From contig NC_092674.1 of NCBI RefSeq assembly GCF_964355755.1, positions 13,268,001 through 13,332,000 on the forward strand: 64,000 nucleotides of DNA, written 5' to 3'. This document shows positions 1 to 13,789 of the stretch, one piece after another. Position numbers and translations under genes: made by a program. Source of the DNA: Antedon mediterranea (taxonomy: Eukaryota; Animalia; Echinodermata). Below the pieces are notes generated by a model. The model did no database searches. It worked only from the letters and a program-made list of their open reading frames with translations, and had not been told where the DNA came from. How positions within the stretch are numbered: position 1 is the first letter of the stretch; every line of letters begins with the position of its first letter.

Positions 1-314
1 ATAATGTATATTGATTCGGATTTATAAGAAGTAGCATAGATGATTTACACTCAAATCAATCGTCTTCGAAGTTGTAATGTGTTTGTAGCCTAATGATTGC
101 ATTACATGGTAAAACAATTAACGTAATAATGTGATTTGATGAAATACGATTAATCATTAGAATTTATAAAAGCAATACAGTAGTTTTTATTTAAAGACCA
201 AATACATTATACGCACATAAGCGTATGAAATAGTGAAAAAAAGAAATGAAAAACACTAATTCAAATAACAATATTCTTCCTTAAAATTCTATTGTATGGA
301 ACAATTATTCATAC

Positions 315-350
315 CTGGCGTTTCAATATCTATGTCGGGCAATGGTCCAC
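315..350 (-). CDS. 36-nt exon of the ankyrin-repeat gene, downstream of the capping exon (GGPLPDIDIETP)
   Basis: Minus-strand TTTTAG acceptor and GTATGA donor; phase 1-1, in frame with exon 1668-1770. Confidence 0.6.
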
Positions 351-1667
351 CTAAAACAAAGTTAGAATATATGTGTAAATAAAAGTACATGAAGCAAAAT
401 GCGAAAATGTAAGAGATAGTGTAAAAACCTCAGACCTCACTCACAACATACTGGTGTAACATGGGCTTTAAGTGCAGCGTTGGAACCAGTTATTCCGTGT
501 GACATCATAGAGGCATCGCCCATCTCCAACAAAATGTCCACTAAAAATGGTTTTGTTTAAAATGGCTGATTTTTATATTTTTTTCATATTGATTTGTTTC
601 CTGTAAAGCGGGCTATAGGCCTAAATGTGATAAAAAATATTATTTATAATTATTTTCTTAAACTCAAAGCCCACAGTATAAAATACACAGTAGGTAGTTA
701 GATATAAGAAATACAAACATAGATTAAAGATCACGGTCCTGTTCATGGTTGAAAGGTGTTTTTATTGTTTGATTTTGATATTATATTTTTTTCATATTGC
801 ACAGGTTTTTGTTTGTTTTTTTTATTACGCTATAAAAAAATGTTTTTGTAGAATGTGCAAGTTATTTGTATTATTGTCATAGTTTTGATTATCTATCTGT
901 CATATTATATGTGTATAGGCCTGTTTTGTTATTGTTATTATTAAAACAATAATTAAAAATATCTCAAACTTTATTGATTTAATTTGATTCTATTAATAAT
1001 GTTAAAGAATATAATGTGAGTATCGAGTCAAGAAACTTGTATTAATAGAACTAGAACTAGAAAATCCTTCGTTGTAAATAGCATTCATATTTTTAATTCT
1101 AATGTAAGACGTTAATGCAATTTTTAAATAGTTTTACATTTTTAACAGTATTTTTAACTTTTTATCTTGTATTTTTAATCTGTTATAATACTGCACGTTT
1201 TTAAATTGTTGCAATATTGTTGTTTTAATCTACCAAGCAAAGTGAATTTCCATTTTTATGGACAAATAAAATTTCTTGAATCTTGAATCTTGAATCTTAA
1301 TAATAAGCATTGGTTGAGAATTTACTTACATTGTTATTGTTTTTTTAAATATCTAAAACTTTATTTCTTAAATAATTCCAATTATATTAATACAATGTAA
1401 AAGAATATAATGTGATTTTAAAGAACAACAATCATTGGCTGAGAATTTACTTATATTGTTATATTTATTTTACTTAAAAAATTAAACAAGTAAAAACAAG
1501 ACAATGTGAAACATTACAAACTAAACCTATTTTAGATATTAAGTGGTTTTCCATTAAAGTTTGTGTTATCTTTAAGCTGGACATACCGTCATTGTTTCAA
1601 GATTAGTTGTCAGCTGATTTACACATGTTTACAGCCTACCTCTTAGCCTACTTTGTTATAAACTCAC

Positions 1668-1770
1668 CTTTCAATATGTCAATTATCTCGGCTTTTTGAC
1701 CTGCCCTTAATTCGTTGTCATATTTCTTACACTCGTTTTCATTGTACAAATCTATTACAGATTTGCCATA
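1668..1770 (-). CDS. C-terminal capping-type ankyrin exon (YGKSVIDLYNENECKKYDNELRAGQKAEIIDILK)
   Basis: CAG acceptor, GTGAGT donor, phase-0 start compatible with the 99-nt exons; GKS-IDL...EIIDIL resembles a terminal ankyrin repeat. Confidence 0.7.
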
Positions 1771-2219
1771 CTGTGTAAATTAAAAATGAATATGGTAGGT
1801 AAAAGAATACATTTTATTTTATTTTTTTTTTATTATATTTTTTTAACATTATTAATCAAAAAAGGAATCGAGTCAATATACTGAGATACTGATTCAAATT
1901 TATTCTAAAAAACAGAAGACCACGTCCTGTAATAATGTCTACACGTTTTGTTAAATCTTCTAATTTGGTATATAAATATAATTTTCAATCCATTATACAA
2001 ACTATTATTGTAAATTAGGGCCTAATATTATTGTATTATCTTCGTTATTTATTTGTATTAATTATTACATTAAATATAACAAAAACTGTATACACAAATT
2101 AACAAAAACAAATTATCATTTTTAATTTAAATACTAATTACGTAACCTAATTTGATTTAACATTAAACCAACCTTATCTTCTTTTGAAACGTAAGATTTA
2201 CCGGAACATTCCTTCATTA

Positions 2220-3623
2220 TCTATATATAAATTTACGTAAGGGCTAAATTCGGTAAATCGCGCGTTATTTCTAGAATATTTATTTTATGGTATATACAGT
2301 TGGTTAGAATTTCGGTACTGATTTTAACCACCTGATGTAACCCCGTTTACTAATTAAATTTAGTTAGATAATTAGTTATTGACAATTAAAACGAATTTAG
2401 GTTCAACGATTAGCCCCAAATAGGGATGTTTTCCGATCGTGGTATACACTGTCTAATGGATGTCCTCATAAAAAATACCTGCACACAATAATACGAGGAT
2501 ACTTCCCATTTTCCTATCTCCTCCTACGATAATTATTTTTAATAGCTGAAAACCGGTTGAACAGCTCGAGTAAAGTATCATAATGTTGAAGACAGGCAGA
2601 TTTTCTTTAAAAAATACTATTTTGATAGATTTAATATACGATTATACAAAATATGTATTGATTTGCGATGAATGAAACATTCCAATCTCTGTTCCACAAG
2701 TGTCTATTCCATCAGGCGTCGTAAAGGCAAGTACTGTATACTCATAACAGAAATTAGATCCATTTATTTTTCAATCTGTGCTGCAGAGGTTGGATATAGA
2801 TTTTTTTAAAACGGATAATGAGCTAGCGTTTTCAGTCGCCGTATATTAATGTACAAATCTTTATTATTGCAGTTAAACCACCCACATCATCACCCTTTCT
2901 TCACTGGCATGAATAGCGTTGTAAAGCCATTAGAGGATAGGCCTGCGGTGCATCACATGCCCTAAACGCAGAACAACTTTGGTGGGTAGGGAAGGAACCA
3001 ACTTAAGTATGAATTGGCTCTAAGAAGCAATTGAAACCCATTAGGCTTACTAATTAAGCTGAGTTAGATAATTTAATATTTATTGACGATTAAATCGAAT
3101 TTATGATTTGCCCCGAATAGAGGTGGTTTTCACAAATTGTTTTACATTATATAAACATATACACGTCGTAGTGATGTATCGTTTCATGTACTGTACAATT
3201 TCAAACGACTAGGACGGTGATAGTTTCAACAAAGTATTACATCGCAATGTTTTACTGTGTTTAGTGGTATATTATTTGTAAACTAAATGGATAAAGAATA
3301 TATTTAAAAATTGTTCCTCTTTGCACCCATCCTCTTCACCATTCCTCAACCCTAATGTAACATACAAAACACAAATTACGTTTATTTAAATTTGACACAT
3401 TTTGTGACAAGTTTCTCTTACGGAAGTAATTCCCAGGGTGCTAATTTTAGTTGAGTACATAAATCACAGTGTCTATTTATTCGTTCCTGTAAACGACATG
3501 TATTATTGTCTTGCGGTACGTACATTTGAAATCGCCAGTTTTTTAACGCTGACATTATGTATTCGAGAACCATCTGTGGGCACGACCTAGATGGTACGCG
3601 AGCGAAGCGAGCGTACCATCTAG
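2220..3623 (+). mobile_element. Non-autonomous Helitron, copy 1
   Basis: Starts A|TCTATATATA, ends with hairpin CTAGATGGTACGC-(11 nt)-GCGTACCATCTAG|T; inserted between A and T with no TSD; second copy at 19456-20649. Confidence 0.85.
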
Positions 3624-4134
3624 TATACACAATGATGGCTCTGTGATCGTTGTACGTGAGATCTTGTGTGACACATTCATGCAGAAGTGTTCGTTTATCC
3701 TAGTAAATAATATATTTTATTGTGTATAAAATATTATTTTGATTTATGTTAATTATTAAAATTAGTAACTTGTATCTTCGTCACAGGAATAACACACAAT
3801 GACGTCAGATATGTGTCGATTGGATTTCCTCCGTTTGTGAATTTTTAAATGATTAATGGTGATGGACACCATTACCTGTCTACACAATGTACTACCTTCT
3901 GTACAACTTTAGGCCTTCTGTTTTTTTTTAATTCACTATCAGATTACAATCCATACATGGCTCATTATGTAGAGTACCTATTGAGAAGACGCGTGATGTT
4001 CTTGTACTGACATAGCGATTGGGGTGAGTGTCTGATTTATGTACCTATTGTGTTATGAATATATCACGCTGTTTTCTGATGTACGGAAGGCCCTGCATCA
4101 CCCTCTCTAATGTAACAATCAACCCCTAGTGGTA

Positions 4135-4275
4135 AATTGTTGTTACGTTAGTGCAGGTTAATGTTACGTTAGTGCAGGTTAATTTTTGTTACGTTAGTGG
4201 TTGATTGTTACGTTAGTGGTTAATGTTACGTTAGTGGTTGATTGTTACATTAGTTGTTTATTGTTACGTTAGTAG
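4135..4275. repeat. Minisatellite, ~17-19-bp unit (TGTTACGTTAGTGGTTGAT-like)
   Basis: About 7 tandem copies visible. Confidence 0.85.
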
Positions 4276-6386
4276 GTGATACAGGACTTAGATGGTTAAA
4301 GTTTGCACAATACATAACACACAGTTGAAGTGATGATAACACGTGCGATTCATCGTGATCGAAAAAAAGTTGTGTGCAAACAGTAAAGTAGAAGAATGTC
4401 TAATGGAGTCCATCACGAAATAACAAGTTAATACAGATGGTGACGAATGATTACGAAAACAAAAATCTCGAAAACATAGACCACAACACAATCTTCTCAA
4501 TATTAGGCTATATAATGTTTTCGATATTTCGCGAATACAACGACCTCGTTAAATCTTAGCAATACTACGTTATAGGGGTATGTTGAACTTACAAATTACT
4601 CACAGCTTTTCCTCCTCTACAAATGATATCAGAGAGAATGCATTGATTGTGTAAATATGAAATAGCTATAGCAACAGCATTACACTTTGCTATTCATTTT
4701 ATGTCACAACAAGTAATATAACAATATAGTCCAACATCGATACAGGCGTTCTTACGGTAAATGTTTCTTAGAAATAATATCGCATTAGTCGATGTCTTCA
4801 GCCGTTTTTCATACATTACGATGAAGTTTGCTGATGTTATGACACGGTGGCGATACACTATCATTATTAATGCATTTCATATGTTCTGAAGCACGCAGGG
4901 ATTAGGCTTGTATTTACACACTGAGTTATACAACTTTTTTTTGTTTACCTTAATGAAACATGAATCTTTTCAAGCTTCTGTTATATTCGTTGCAATAAAC
5001 TGGCGCAATAGGCCTATGTATTCTCACTTCGTTTATGTTATAGGTTATTAGACCGACTTCAGATTGAGCTAGGTGTCACCCGGAAATGACATATATGACA
5101 CAATGTTTTCTTGGGTTCTTACATGTGTATGAACAGAAAGGTTACAGGAAAACGCACATGGTTGAGGTGATAATTCAAAATGGCCGCCAAAATAGCAAAA
5201 TTTTAACAATTATGTTGTAGCAATAAGCATTGCCTTAAAACAGAAATGAGACCATTAAATATGATCCCTCTGTGAACTCTAATCAAGCATATGTATATGC
5301 TATACCATGTTTAAAGTTTGGTACAGTGACCACCAATTAAGCACAATTAAATCGAATTGGTTTTTAATGACACGTATGACACACTAAATATTGCCGTATT
5401 GTGTAAATGACTTACGTGGTTCAAATGATTTACGTCTGCTCCAACTTTGATGAGATACATACATGTACGCACGTGACCAAAAGCAGCAGCACACATAAGA
5501 GGTGTTTCCCCGTCCTGAAAAAAAAGTTAATAATATTTCATAGAAAATGGTTGCTGGTATGAGAAGCGATACTGGGAGTACTGTACATTTATAAAATACA
5601 TGTACACACGATTCACAGATAATTACCATAATAAGCACAGTTTGAATCTTTTATGTTATATGTTTTCTGGTTTTGCTAACGTGTACCGGGAATAGCGGAG
5701 ATATACAATTAAACTAAGTATTTAAAATGTAAAATTGCTTAAGATTCATTAGATCAAAATGTTTGAATGGAAATCTATTTAGCTAACTTATAATGATGCA
5801 TACATTTAGTTATAAATATAAGCTAAATAATATAATAAGTAAGTTATCAGGAATAGTTATTGCTTCAGGTTGACAAACCTTCTATCACTTAAACTATTAA
5901 AATTATGAACAAATACAACACCGTAATTTTTATTACAATACCTTTTCCGTTCCAAGTTTTGTTTTCGTTGCAAAAATAAAGATTTTATTGTTATTTCTAT
6001 CATAATATAATCAAGAAGTGACAAATACAAAACAATGCAAATCACCAGTAGCCGTTTCCAAAAAAAAGGAATACGTTTTAAACGGCCTGCAACATGGGCC
6101 AATGCATCCCGGGTCTCAATGGTGATACAGTACATGCAGATAGCGCGCAACCTATTCAAACCTAACAGCAACTCAACAATTCGGCTACCATGCGGCTATA
6201 TCGGAGTTTTACCTGATTTCAAATGTATCTATCATGGCTATAATCAGTTCTCCTGATATAAGCCTAATGTAATGTTTACCTAATTTCTGATATTTAAAAT
6301 GTTAGGCCTATATTCATTTTACCATTTCCTCCGCGTATACTACGATGATGTTTAATATAATTGATTTGATCGTTGTTTTGCAGTAT

Positions 6387-6508
6387 ACTTTTATGTGACA
6401 AAAAATGTGACGTGCCCATATATGGACATGATGATGTCATATCACTACTATATTTGGGCACATCACACTCGTTTTGTTAAACTAATTTGATAGTGTAGAC
6501 AGAGCTTT
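6387..6508. mobile_element. Small palindromic MITE, truncated; related copy at ~22578-22680
   Basis: Internal inverted symmetry (GTGACGTGCCCA...TGGGCACATCAC); end GATAGTGTAGACAGAGCT is complementary to TCTACACTATC starting the other copy. Confidence 0.6.
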
Positions 6509-7124
6509 AAACTTAACACGTAGCCATAAAAAAATTAAAGCATGTATGTCGCCGCAAACGGCAAACATTGGATGGGAGCAAAAACTCGAAAGTCACAAAT
6601 AAAAGGGATTATGCCTACATTACGGAAATCACTTTTATACCGCGGACGGTTGAAAATCTACCGATGAATCAGAAATTGTGTTTTAAAACCCTTTATAATA
6701 TATTCCTAAGAAATATGGAACAATATCGTAATAGTGAACAATAATGTTATTATTACATCTGAGATAAATAAGGTAGGTATCGACGGCGGAGATCTTTACA
6801 AAAGTGTGTCCATTGTGCTCGTCTATGTCAGAATTAGGAACACTTTTTTATATATAGGCACGCTAACATTGATATCATGGAGCACATTTAGCTCGTAGTA
6901 TCATGCACGTGCACATATAGCGCCTCGCGTTGATAAGCCGAGTCCAAAATATTAGTGAAACACGTAACATTGGAGTAATAATCATTCATTCATAAAAGTT
7001 AAGATATAATTAAATTAAACAAGTTAAGGTGTGTAAATGACTACTCCAATATTCTTTACAGGTAATTTCAAGTATTTCTTAGAATGAACTTGACGATCGC
7101 GCACGTGCGTAAAATCAGACTTAA

Positions 7125-7669
7125 AGATGTATTGTCCCTTTGACAAATTCCAAAAAAATAAAAAATAAAATATTTCGAAAAAAGGTGATGTTTTTTGAAG
7201 TATTATATTAGTTAATAACTTTCACAAACAATTAATCGAAAAAAAAATCATTTAACTTAAATACAGACGTTTTTTTTTTCAAAAAATAACTTTGACTTCC
7301 AGTCAAAGTTTTCAATCAAAACATATCCCATAATGCAACGCGCTTGTTTGGCTACTCTGTATGCATAATCATAAAACTTCCTCGCGATCTGTGTGAAAAC
7401 ACCTTCTCAACCAGGACAAGTTGTAAACAATCCTAATTAGCATATGCATAATGCATACTCGCGGTTTGAAATTTGTGTTTACTTTCGCTCGTGACGATTT
7501 TCCAGACGAAATTTAATCAAACTAATTTACCTGTTAATTATGTAAACGTGTTGTTTTTGGCTCAAATTTTCGGCTTAAAGTGAATAACTTTATTATTAAT
7601 TTGATATGGCCAATTTAAATTTATAATGTTTTGACCTTCATTGTTTGTGTTTCAAGGGACAATACATTT
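7125..7669. mobile_element. Kolobok-type MITE
   Basis: TTAA on both sides; 16-bp TIR AGATGTATTGTCCCTT / AAGGGACAATACATTT. Confidence 0.8.
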
Positions 7670-8707
7670 TTAATCTTACAGGCAAAATGCCGACCCTTAA
7701 TGAACATACACAGTAAATTCAATTACCGTGTTTAAAATGTAAATTTCGAATAATTCTTAAATGAACTTTGACCTTGCATCTACGAGAAAAACATCAACAG
7801 TTATCTAACAACACGTATACCTTACTTTAGCGCAAAACCGAAAGAACGAATGATTATTTATACACACTAGAGGGTGAGATCTCTTCACGTGCTCCCCTCC
7901 AGGAAGTGTAGATGATGTTTCTCGGAATGATAATGACTCGGGTAAAAAGATTTTAGAAGGACGTTATGGTTTGGACGGTTATCATTATTGAAATGCTTGA
8001 TATTCGTAAAACTCAATTACTAACAAAAGGTCTTATCATCAGTTCTCCCTATGTAATGTTATATCCTATTCCCCACAATATACTCCGATGCTTTGTGAAT
8101 ATATTTAATTTGATCTTTATTAATTTGCAATATAATTGTTACTTTGATAACTACTATACCTTCACACGCGCGGTCCGAAAATAAACAAAAAACTAACATT
8201 GCTATCGCCACCAACGGCCAACTTAGAAACTAGGAAGTTGCAAGGTGATGACTCACCGAAAGCGTAATTTGGGCGGCACGGGGTGGTGGTGATGGAACCG
8301 CAGTAAAACAGTTGACTGTATTTATACAGTATAAGAACCACACTAAATAAATACAGTAAGACATTCGGCGATCGGGAACGCTAGCTCTGATTTAGTAACG
8401 CCTAAGGATCTATCTAGAATGTACGTACCTATCAGATATACATGTCTTGTGTTGTATAACAAATACGTATTGTAATAGTTACTGAAGTTAATATTACAAC
8501 CTCGTCAATAAAAACACAAATATGTATATGTTCATTCACTTAGTTATGAAAACGCATACTATAAAGTTTCCTTTGTCTGTACAATGATGTAATCAAGCTG
8601 TTTACAAGAGTAATTAAAAACCAAATTGTAGTTGGAGAAAAGAAACTACGAAGCATGTTTATGTAATATAATGTTGTGTGCCGTTATGTTTTCACCATTG
8701 ACAGCCA

Positions 8708-8830
8708 TTGGAGTGGAGCTATATCATGGAGGTGGGTGTTTGCCCTCTAATCCCAAGGTCCGGGGTTCAATCTTGACTTTGTGCCATATATGGTTATTAC
8801 TCTTCCAACTGCACCCCCTACGCTTCAAAT
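8708..8830 (+). mobile_element. Degenerate tRNA-derived SINE head
   Basis: B-box-like GGTTCAATC preceded by tRNA-like spacing; no clean cloverleaf. Confidence 0.35.
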
Positions 8831-9267
8831 GAGGTTTAGTTTAACTGCATGATGCATATTATATACTCTTCGATAATCATTTGATTTCATAACTTTTTAT
8901 TATTATGATATTGTATGAGTAGGCCTAACAAAGTTAATTGTGTATTCTTGTTTATGTACCCATCAGTAGGACTAATTCACTGGTTGACCTAGTTTAGTTC
9001 TTACAAGCCTAATTACACTCCTGGATCTAAAATTATCCGAAAGCCACTCTTAGTGTTGATTAGAGTTTAATGTTCTGTATACAACACCCGGCAGCGTAAT
9101 TTTTTTTTCCAGGACGAACGTGGGCAGAAATCATGAATAATTCATGAATAATTATGACATAATAGGGAACATTATAGAGGGCGCTATAAAAGCGGCACTA
9201 TTTCTAGTCTAAGCATTTGCCGAAATAATGCGCCCTCTAGTTACCGAGGAATTTGAAGCTTCAAAAT

Positions 9268-9737
9268 ACAGATTGGAATGTTTCATTCATCGGAAATAAA
9301 TACATTTGTATAAACATATATTAAATCTATCAAAATAGTGTTTTGTTAAGAAAATTGGCCTGTCTTCAACTGTATGATACTGTACTAGAGCTGTTCAACC
9401 GGTTTTCAGTTAATAAAAACATTTATCGTAGGAGGAGATAGGAAAATGCGAAACATCCTCGTATTATTGTGTACGGGTATTTTTGAAGATAGACATACAT
9501 TAGACAGTGAATACCACGATCGGAAAACACCCCTATTTGGGGCAAATCATTGAACCTAAATTCGTTTTAATTGTCAATAACTAATTATCTAACTCAATTT
9601 AATTAGTAAACAGGGTTACATCAGGTGGTTTAAATCATTACCAAAAGTACGAACCAACTTTATATACCATCGAGTAAACATTCTAGAAGTAACACGCAAT
9701 TTACCTAATTTTTCGCTTATGTAAATTTATATATAGT
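9268..9737 (-). mobile_element. 5' ~470 bp of the same Helitron family, inverted, abutting a MULE-type TIR fragment (~9094-9195)
   Basis: Reverse complement of 2220-2690; the neighbouring segment resembles the TIR at 25313-25410. Confidence 0.8.
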
Positions 9738-10304
9738 TTACCAACTACTTAAAATTACCGGTCGTAAGAAAGTGAACTTTTCGTAGTCCGATTGTGATGA
9801 AATTAAAACAGAATTGTTCAACAATATATTGTTGTTGTCAATTAATCATCGACGAAAACATGTCAGTAGAACACCCAGACTGCACATACGATTTCTACAT
9901 GGCTACGTTTGGCTCTCAAACAAGACCATATAGATTGCTACAGTCGCGTGCTCAAGTTAGTGTTTACCGCCTGACCAACCGACCAACTGAGTGAGATGTA
10001 GAGTCGCGTTGCGCATGACTGAAAATGTAACAGTTGCAGCGTTCTATAGAGGGCCTCGGTTAGAGACAATGAGCGTGTTTGTTTGATTGGCAGCAGGGCA
10101 GTAGTATAGGCAAGCGCGTTGGAAAATCGTTTGATGTCACCGTCGATGAATATCCTTCTATGCTCAGACTGTTTAAAACTTTATGCGACAGGTATTACAA
10201 ATTACTACAAAGGGTGACGATTATTAAAAAATGCGGCAGTACAAACGGTGTTTACAGATAATAATTATATGCGATGTGTAGGCCTACTTATTTTATGTCC
10301 TTGC

Positions 10305-10580
10305 TTAAGTATCGGGATCATTAATTTTACAAATATTATTAAGTTCTTTAGTGAGATCTTGCATAAAGGTATTCAGGTCCAGGGCTTTAAATGATCGCGA
10401 CTTATAAACTATCTTTGCTTGATCTGACTTCCCGATGTCAAGATTAACCTTGATGAGGCAATGGTGTTCCAAACCATTTGAGGGATACAACCGTGCAGTT
10501 CTCTACAATAAAGTCATCCTCGCTACAAAGTAGGCTTTTGTGATCTATAATATGACCCGCAATGTGAGTTGGTTCATTTA
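10305..10580 (-). pseudogene. LINE endonuclease C-terminal fragment; paralogous copy at ~38845-39095
   Basis: THIAGHIID...HHCLIKVNL...RSFKALDLNTFMQDL resembles the end of the APE domain of CR1/L2-group LINEs. Confidence 0.55.
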
Positions 10581-10678
10581 GATTTGTTATTACCGGCATG
10601 CCCATTAAATTATAAAATTAAATACTTTTTTTTTGTAATCACACTGCACCCCTTATAATTAATTTTTGTTAAACTTAC

Positions 10679-10777
10679 ATTGTCTGGAAGATCCAATTTA
10701 TCACCTGCCTTGAGCAAAATAGTGCAAACATCTGTGTGGCCGTTTTGTGCAGCCAAATTTAAAGGTGTCGATCGATG
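10679..10777 (-). CDS. Ankyrin-repeat exon (HRSTPLNLAAQNGHTDVCTILLKAGDKLDLPDN)
   Basis: 99 nt, CAG|...|GTAAGT, TPLxxAAxxGH-LLxxG consensus. Confidence 0.92.
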
Positions 10778-11002
10778 CTGAAAGATTAAAAACATTAATG
10801 TCATAATATTTTTCACTCTACAACATATTTATATCGTACTGAAATCAATTCGATGTGATCAATTAAAAATAACTTTATGGATTTAAATAATGCTACATTG
10901 CTACAATTAAATAACGATTTTTAAGATGATGTATTGTTACGTATACATTTATTTTGCTTCTATAATATTTTTTAATTTTTTTTTATTCATCACTTCATCC
11001 GG

Positions 11003-11840
11003 TACACAGCAAAATTTGAAATTCTAAGCAAGAAAAAAAAATCTTGTTTTAAGAAAAATTTCTTAAAATAAGCATTTTTTTTCTTGTCAAGATTTAAAAT
11101 TACTTAAAACAAGAAATAATTTTCTAGAAAAGACACATTTTTTAAAATTAAGTTTTGCAATATTCTTGAAAATGCTTATTACAGGAAATATTTTACTTAA
11201 ATAAAGAAGTCAATATCATTCTCTTCTTATTAAGAATAGTTTTGCAAGATTTGAAAATACTTAATTTGAAAAGTATTTTACTTAAAATAAGAAATCTATA
11301 TTATATTTATCCCTATCAAGAATAATTTTTCTTAAATCAAGATTGATGAATTCTAAAAAATACTTAAAACAATAAATATTTGTCTAGGTAAGACAAAGTT
11401 TCTTAAATTAGGTTTCACAATAGTCTTGAAAATACTTGTTTTGAGAAATATTTTACTTAAAATAAGAATTCAATTTCACACTACCCTTATAAAGATTATT
11501 TTTACTTGAATCAAGATTCGCAATATTCTTGAAAATGCTTATTACAAGAAATATTTTACTTAAAATAAGAAGTCAATATCATTCTCTTCTTATTAATAAT
11601 AGTTTTGCTTAAAACAAGATTTGAAAATACTTAATTTGAAAAGTATTTTACTTAAAATAAGAAATCAATATTATATTTATCCCTATCAAGAATAATTTTT
11701 CTTAAATCAAGATTGATGAATTTTAAAAATTACTTAAAACAATAAATATTTTTCTAGGTAAGACAAAGTTTCTTAAATTAGGTTTCGCAATATTCTTAAA
11801 AATACTTATTTTGAGAAATGTTTCACTTAAAATAAGAATT
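11003..11840. repeat. AT-rich repeat-containing DNA-transposon remnant with a ~365-bp internal direct duplication
   Basis: 11155-11480 repeats at 11520-11840; recurrent TTACTTAAAATAAGA motif; starts TACACAGCAAAA. Confidence 0.6.
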
Positions 11841-12738
11841 ACGGCTGAATACGTATCCATGGCTCCAAAATGTGTTCAGGTAACACATTTTGACTGCTAA
11901 ATTCTTACTATTGGTTTCATTTTCCCGTTAAATCAAATGGATATCTCGGTTCATATCCCTTTATTGTATATATAATTTACATAAAATACATAGTGTTGCT
12001 CTGTACGACACAAAACAATAACAAAAACCGACACACCCTAACATTCTGTTCTCTAAAGGCAGATGGTAAACACTATTACGGAATCTATTTGTAAATAAAT
12101 CTCAAGACTATTTGGTTACCAATACATTTATTGAGCAATAGTATAGGTCGATATTACATAGTTTTAATACGCAAATTTCGCTTAGTAATACAGTGTAACA
12201 CCGTGGTTTAAAAATATATTGTTTATTATAAAACATAGACATTTGCAAAAAAACACTATTATTTATGAAAAAGAACATAATTAAAATATATTGATATAAA
12301 GTTTGCAGTACATCACGTATATTTAGTTCTGAAAACAACTGTTGGGTTTCTCGACGTTTCGATTAAAGCATATTGATTGAAACGTTAAGAAACTCACAAG
12401 TTCTTTTCAGAATTAATATACGTAGTATGCACCGCAAACGTTACAATATTTATAATATCAATATTTAATTTCGCCATGCAAGCCTTCAAAAATTTAAATA
12501 TACATTGGAATTAGGTGTACGTGCGTGCAAATAAAACATCTAAATGAATATGTATTTACAAAAAGCTCAAATTATGTTTTAGAGAATTTTTTTTTTCGGA
12601 CCACAGTAAGTGGTTGGTGTAACTTCACATTAACGATATTGAAACATTATAAAGTTAATAAGTACGTCACCTTAACATAGACCTTTGCCATATACGATGA
12701 TTTAAAATTCAGAGTTTTAATATTACAGTATTAGCCTA

Positions 12739-13057
12739 CAGTTGAACTTCGTCAGCGGCCACCTGTAGAAAGCGGCCACCACTCGTATGCGGCTGCGGCC
12801 ACTTTTTATTTACTAAAAATTAGATTGTTTGTATATTAAATTAATCCCCTTAAGTGGCTACCCAATCAATTTATATTGACTTTTGACAACAAACATACAA
12901 TTTGGGTACTTATTATTGTGCTTTATATATTAGTATTAGCTTTATTTCGAAGCGATTTCAAAAATATTCCTGTGTTTTTTAGATGCGATGAAAACTATAC
13001 ACGACATCTGCCACTTGTTCAGGTCGCGAGGGAAGCGGCTTACGGAAGATTCAACTG
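12739..13057. mobile_element. Tc1/mariner-pogo-type MITE
   Basis: TA|CAGTTGAA...TTCAACTG|TA; homologous left ends at ~24416 and ~40583 in the paralogous introns. Confidence 0.7.
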
Positions 13058-13234
13058 TATGTCAATGCGGCTTAGAACTATGCCACATGCAATGTGCATT
13101 AAGAGAAAAAGTAAAATTATTGAAAATTATAATATTATTATTGTAATAATAATTATAATGTTCAATTTACTATAGCGCAAAATGCATGACGCCTCTAAGC
13201 GCTGAACAATCAACAGAAAAAAGAAGAGCAAAAA

Positions 13235-13531
13235 CTATAGAAAATGCAAATTAAAAAGGTGGGATTTCAGGAGTTGTTTGAATGTCGTGAGTGATTCAGA
13301 ATTCCTGATATAATTTGGAAGGGCTTTCAAGAGAACATCAGCTGACCACGAAAAGGCACGTTGTCCATAACATTTTGTTGAAGGCCTGAGTATAACCTCA
13401 GATGATGACCTCAGAGTTCGTTTTGGCTTGTATGGAGAAATGATATCAGATAGACAAGTTGGAGCCATGTTATGAAGTGATTTGAATGTAATGAGAAGAA
13501 TTTTAAACATTATTCTCTTCTCAACTGACAA
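13235..13531 (-). pseudogene. 3' end of L2/CR1-group LINE ORF2
   Basis: RIMFKILLITFKSLHNMAP...RTLRSS...GQRAFS...LPNYIR...FKQLLKSHLF. Confidence 0.85.
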
Positions 13532-13789
13532 CCAAATTGTTTTATGCCAAAATGATGTTTCACCTGTTTTGTCCGGATACCATAGTTCTTGTTTATTTGC
13601 TCATCCTCCGAAAAAGTATGTACAGTGTGACGTATTGACAAGAAGAAGCGATGACGTCATTAATATGCAGGGTGAGATGCAGTTTCCTCCCACACCCCCA
13701 CATAAATTTTTCATATGCAACGTACTAATCCAACTATTTTGCACCGTCATTGAATATCTTAATCGCGGATCTCGTTCAACTCATATTGA

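Noticed and set aside
22-89. Possible final coding exon of the ankyrin gene (GYKHITTSKTIDLSVNHLCYFL*)
   Set aside because: In frame, but the acceptor lacks a good pyrimidine tract and the peptide is uninformative.
4135-4275. Short repeat arrays here and at 30280-30450, 41875-42095 and 51760-51930 as CRISPR-like arrays
   Set aside because: Head-to-tail degenerate units with no unique spacers, no cas genes, eukaryotic context.
12285-12465. Imperfect palindrome with GACGTTTCG / GAAACGT resembling a Penelope end or hammerhead
   Set aside because: No CUGANGA core correctly placed; probably a decayed inverted repeat.
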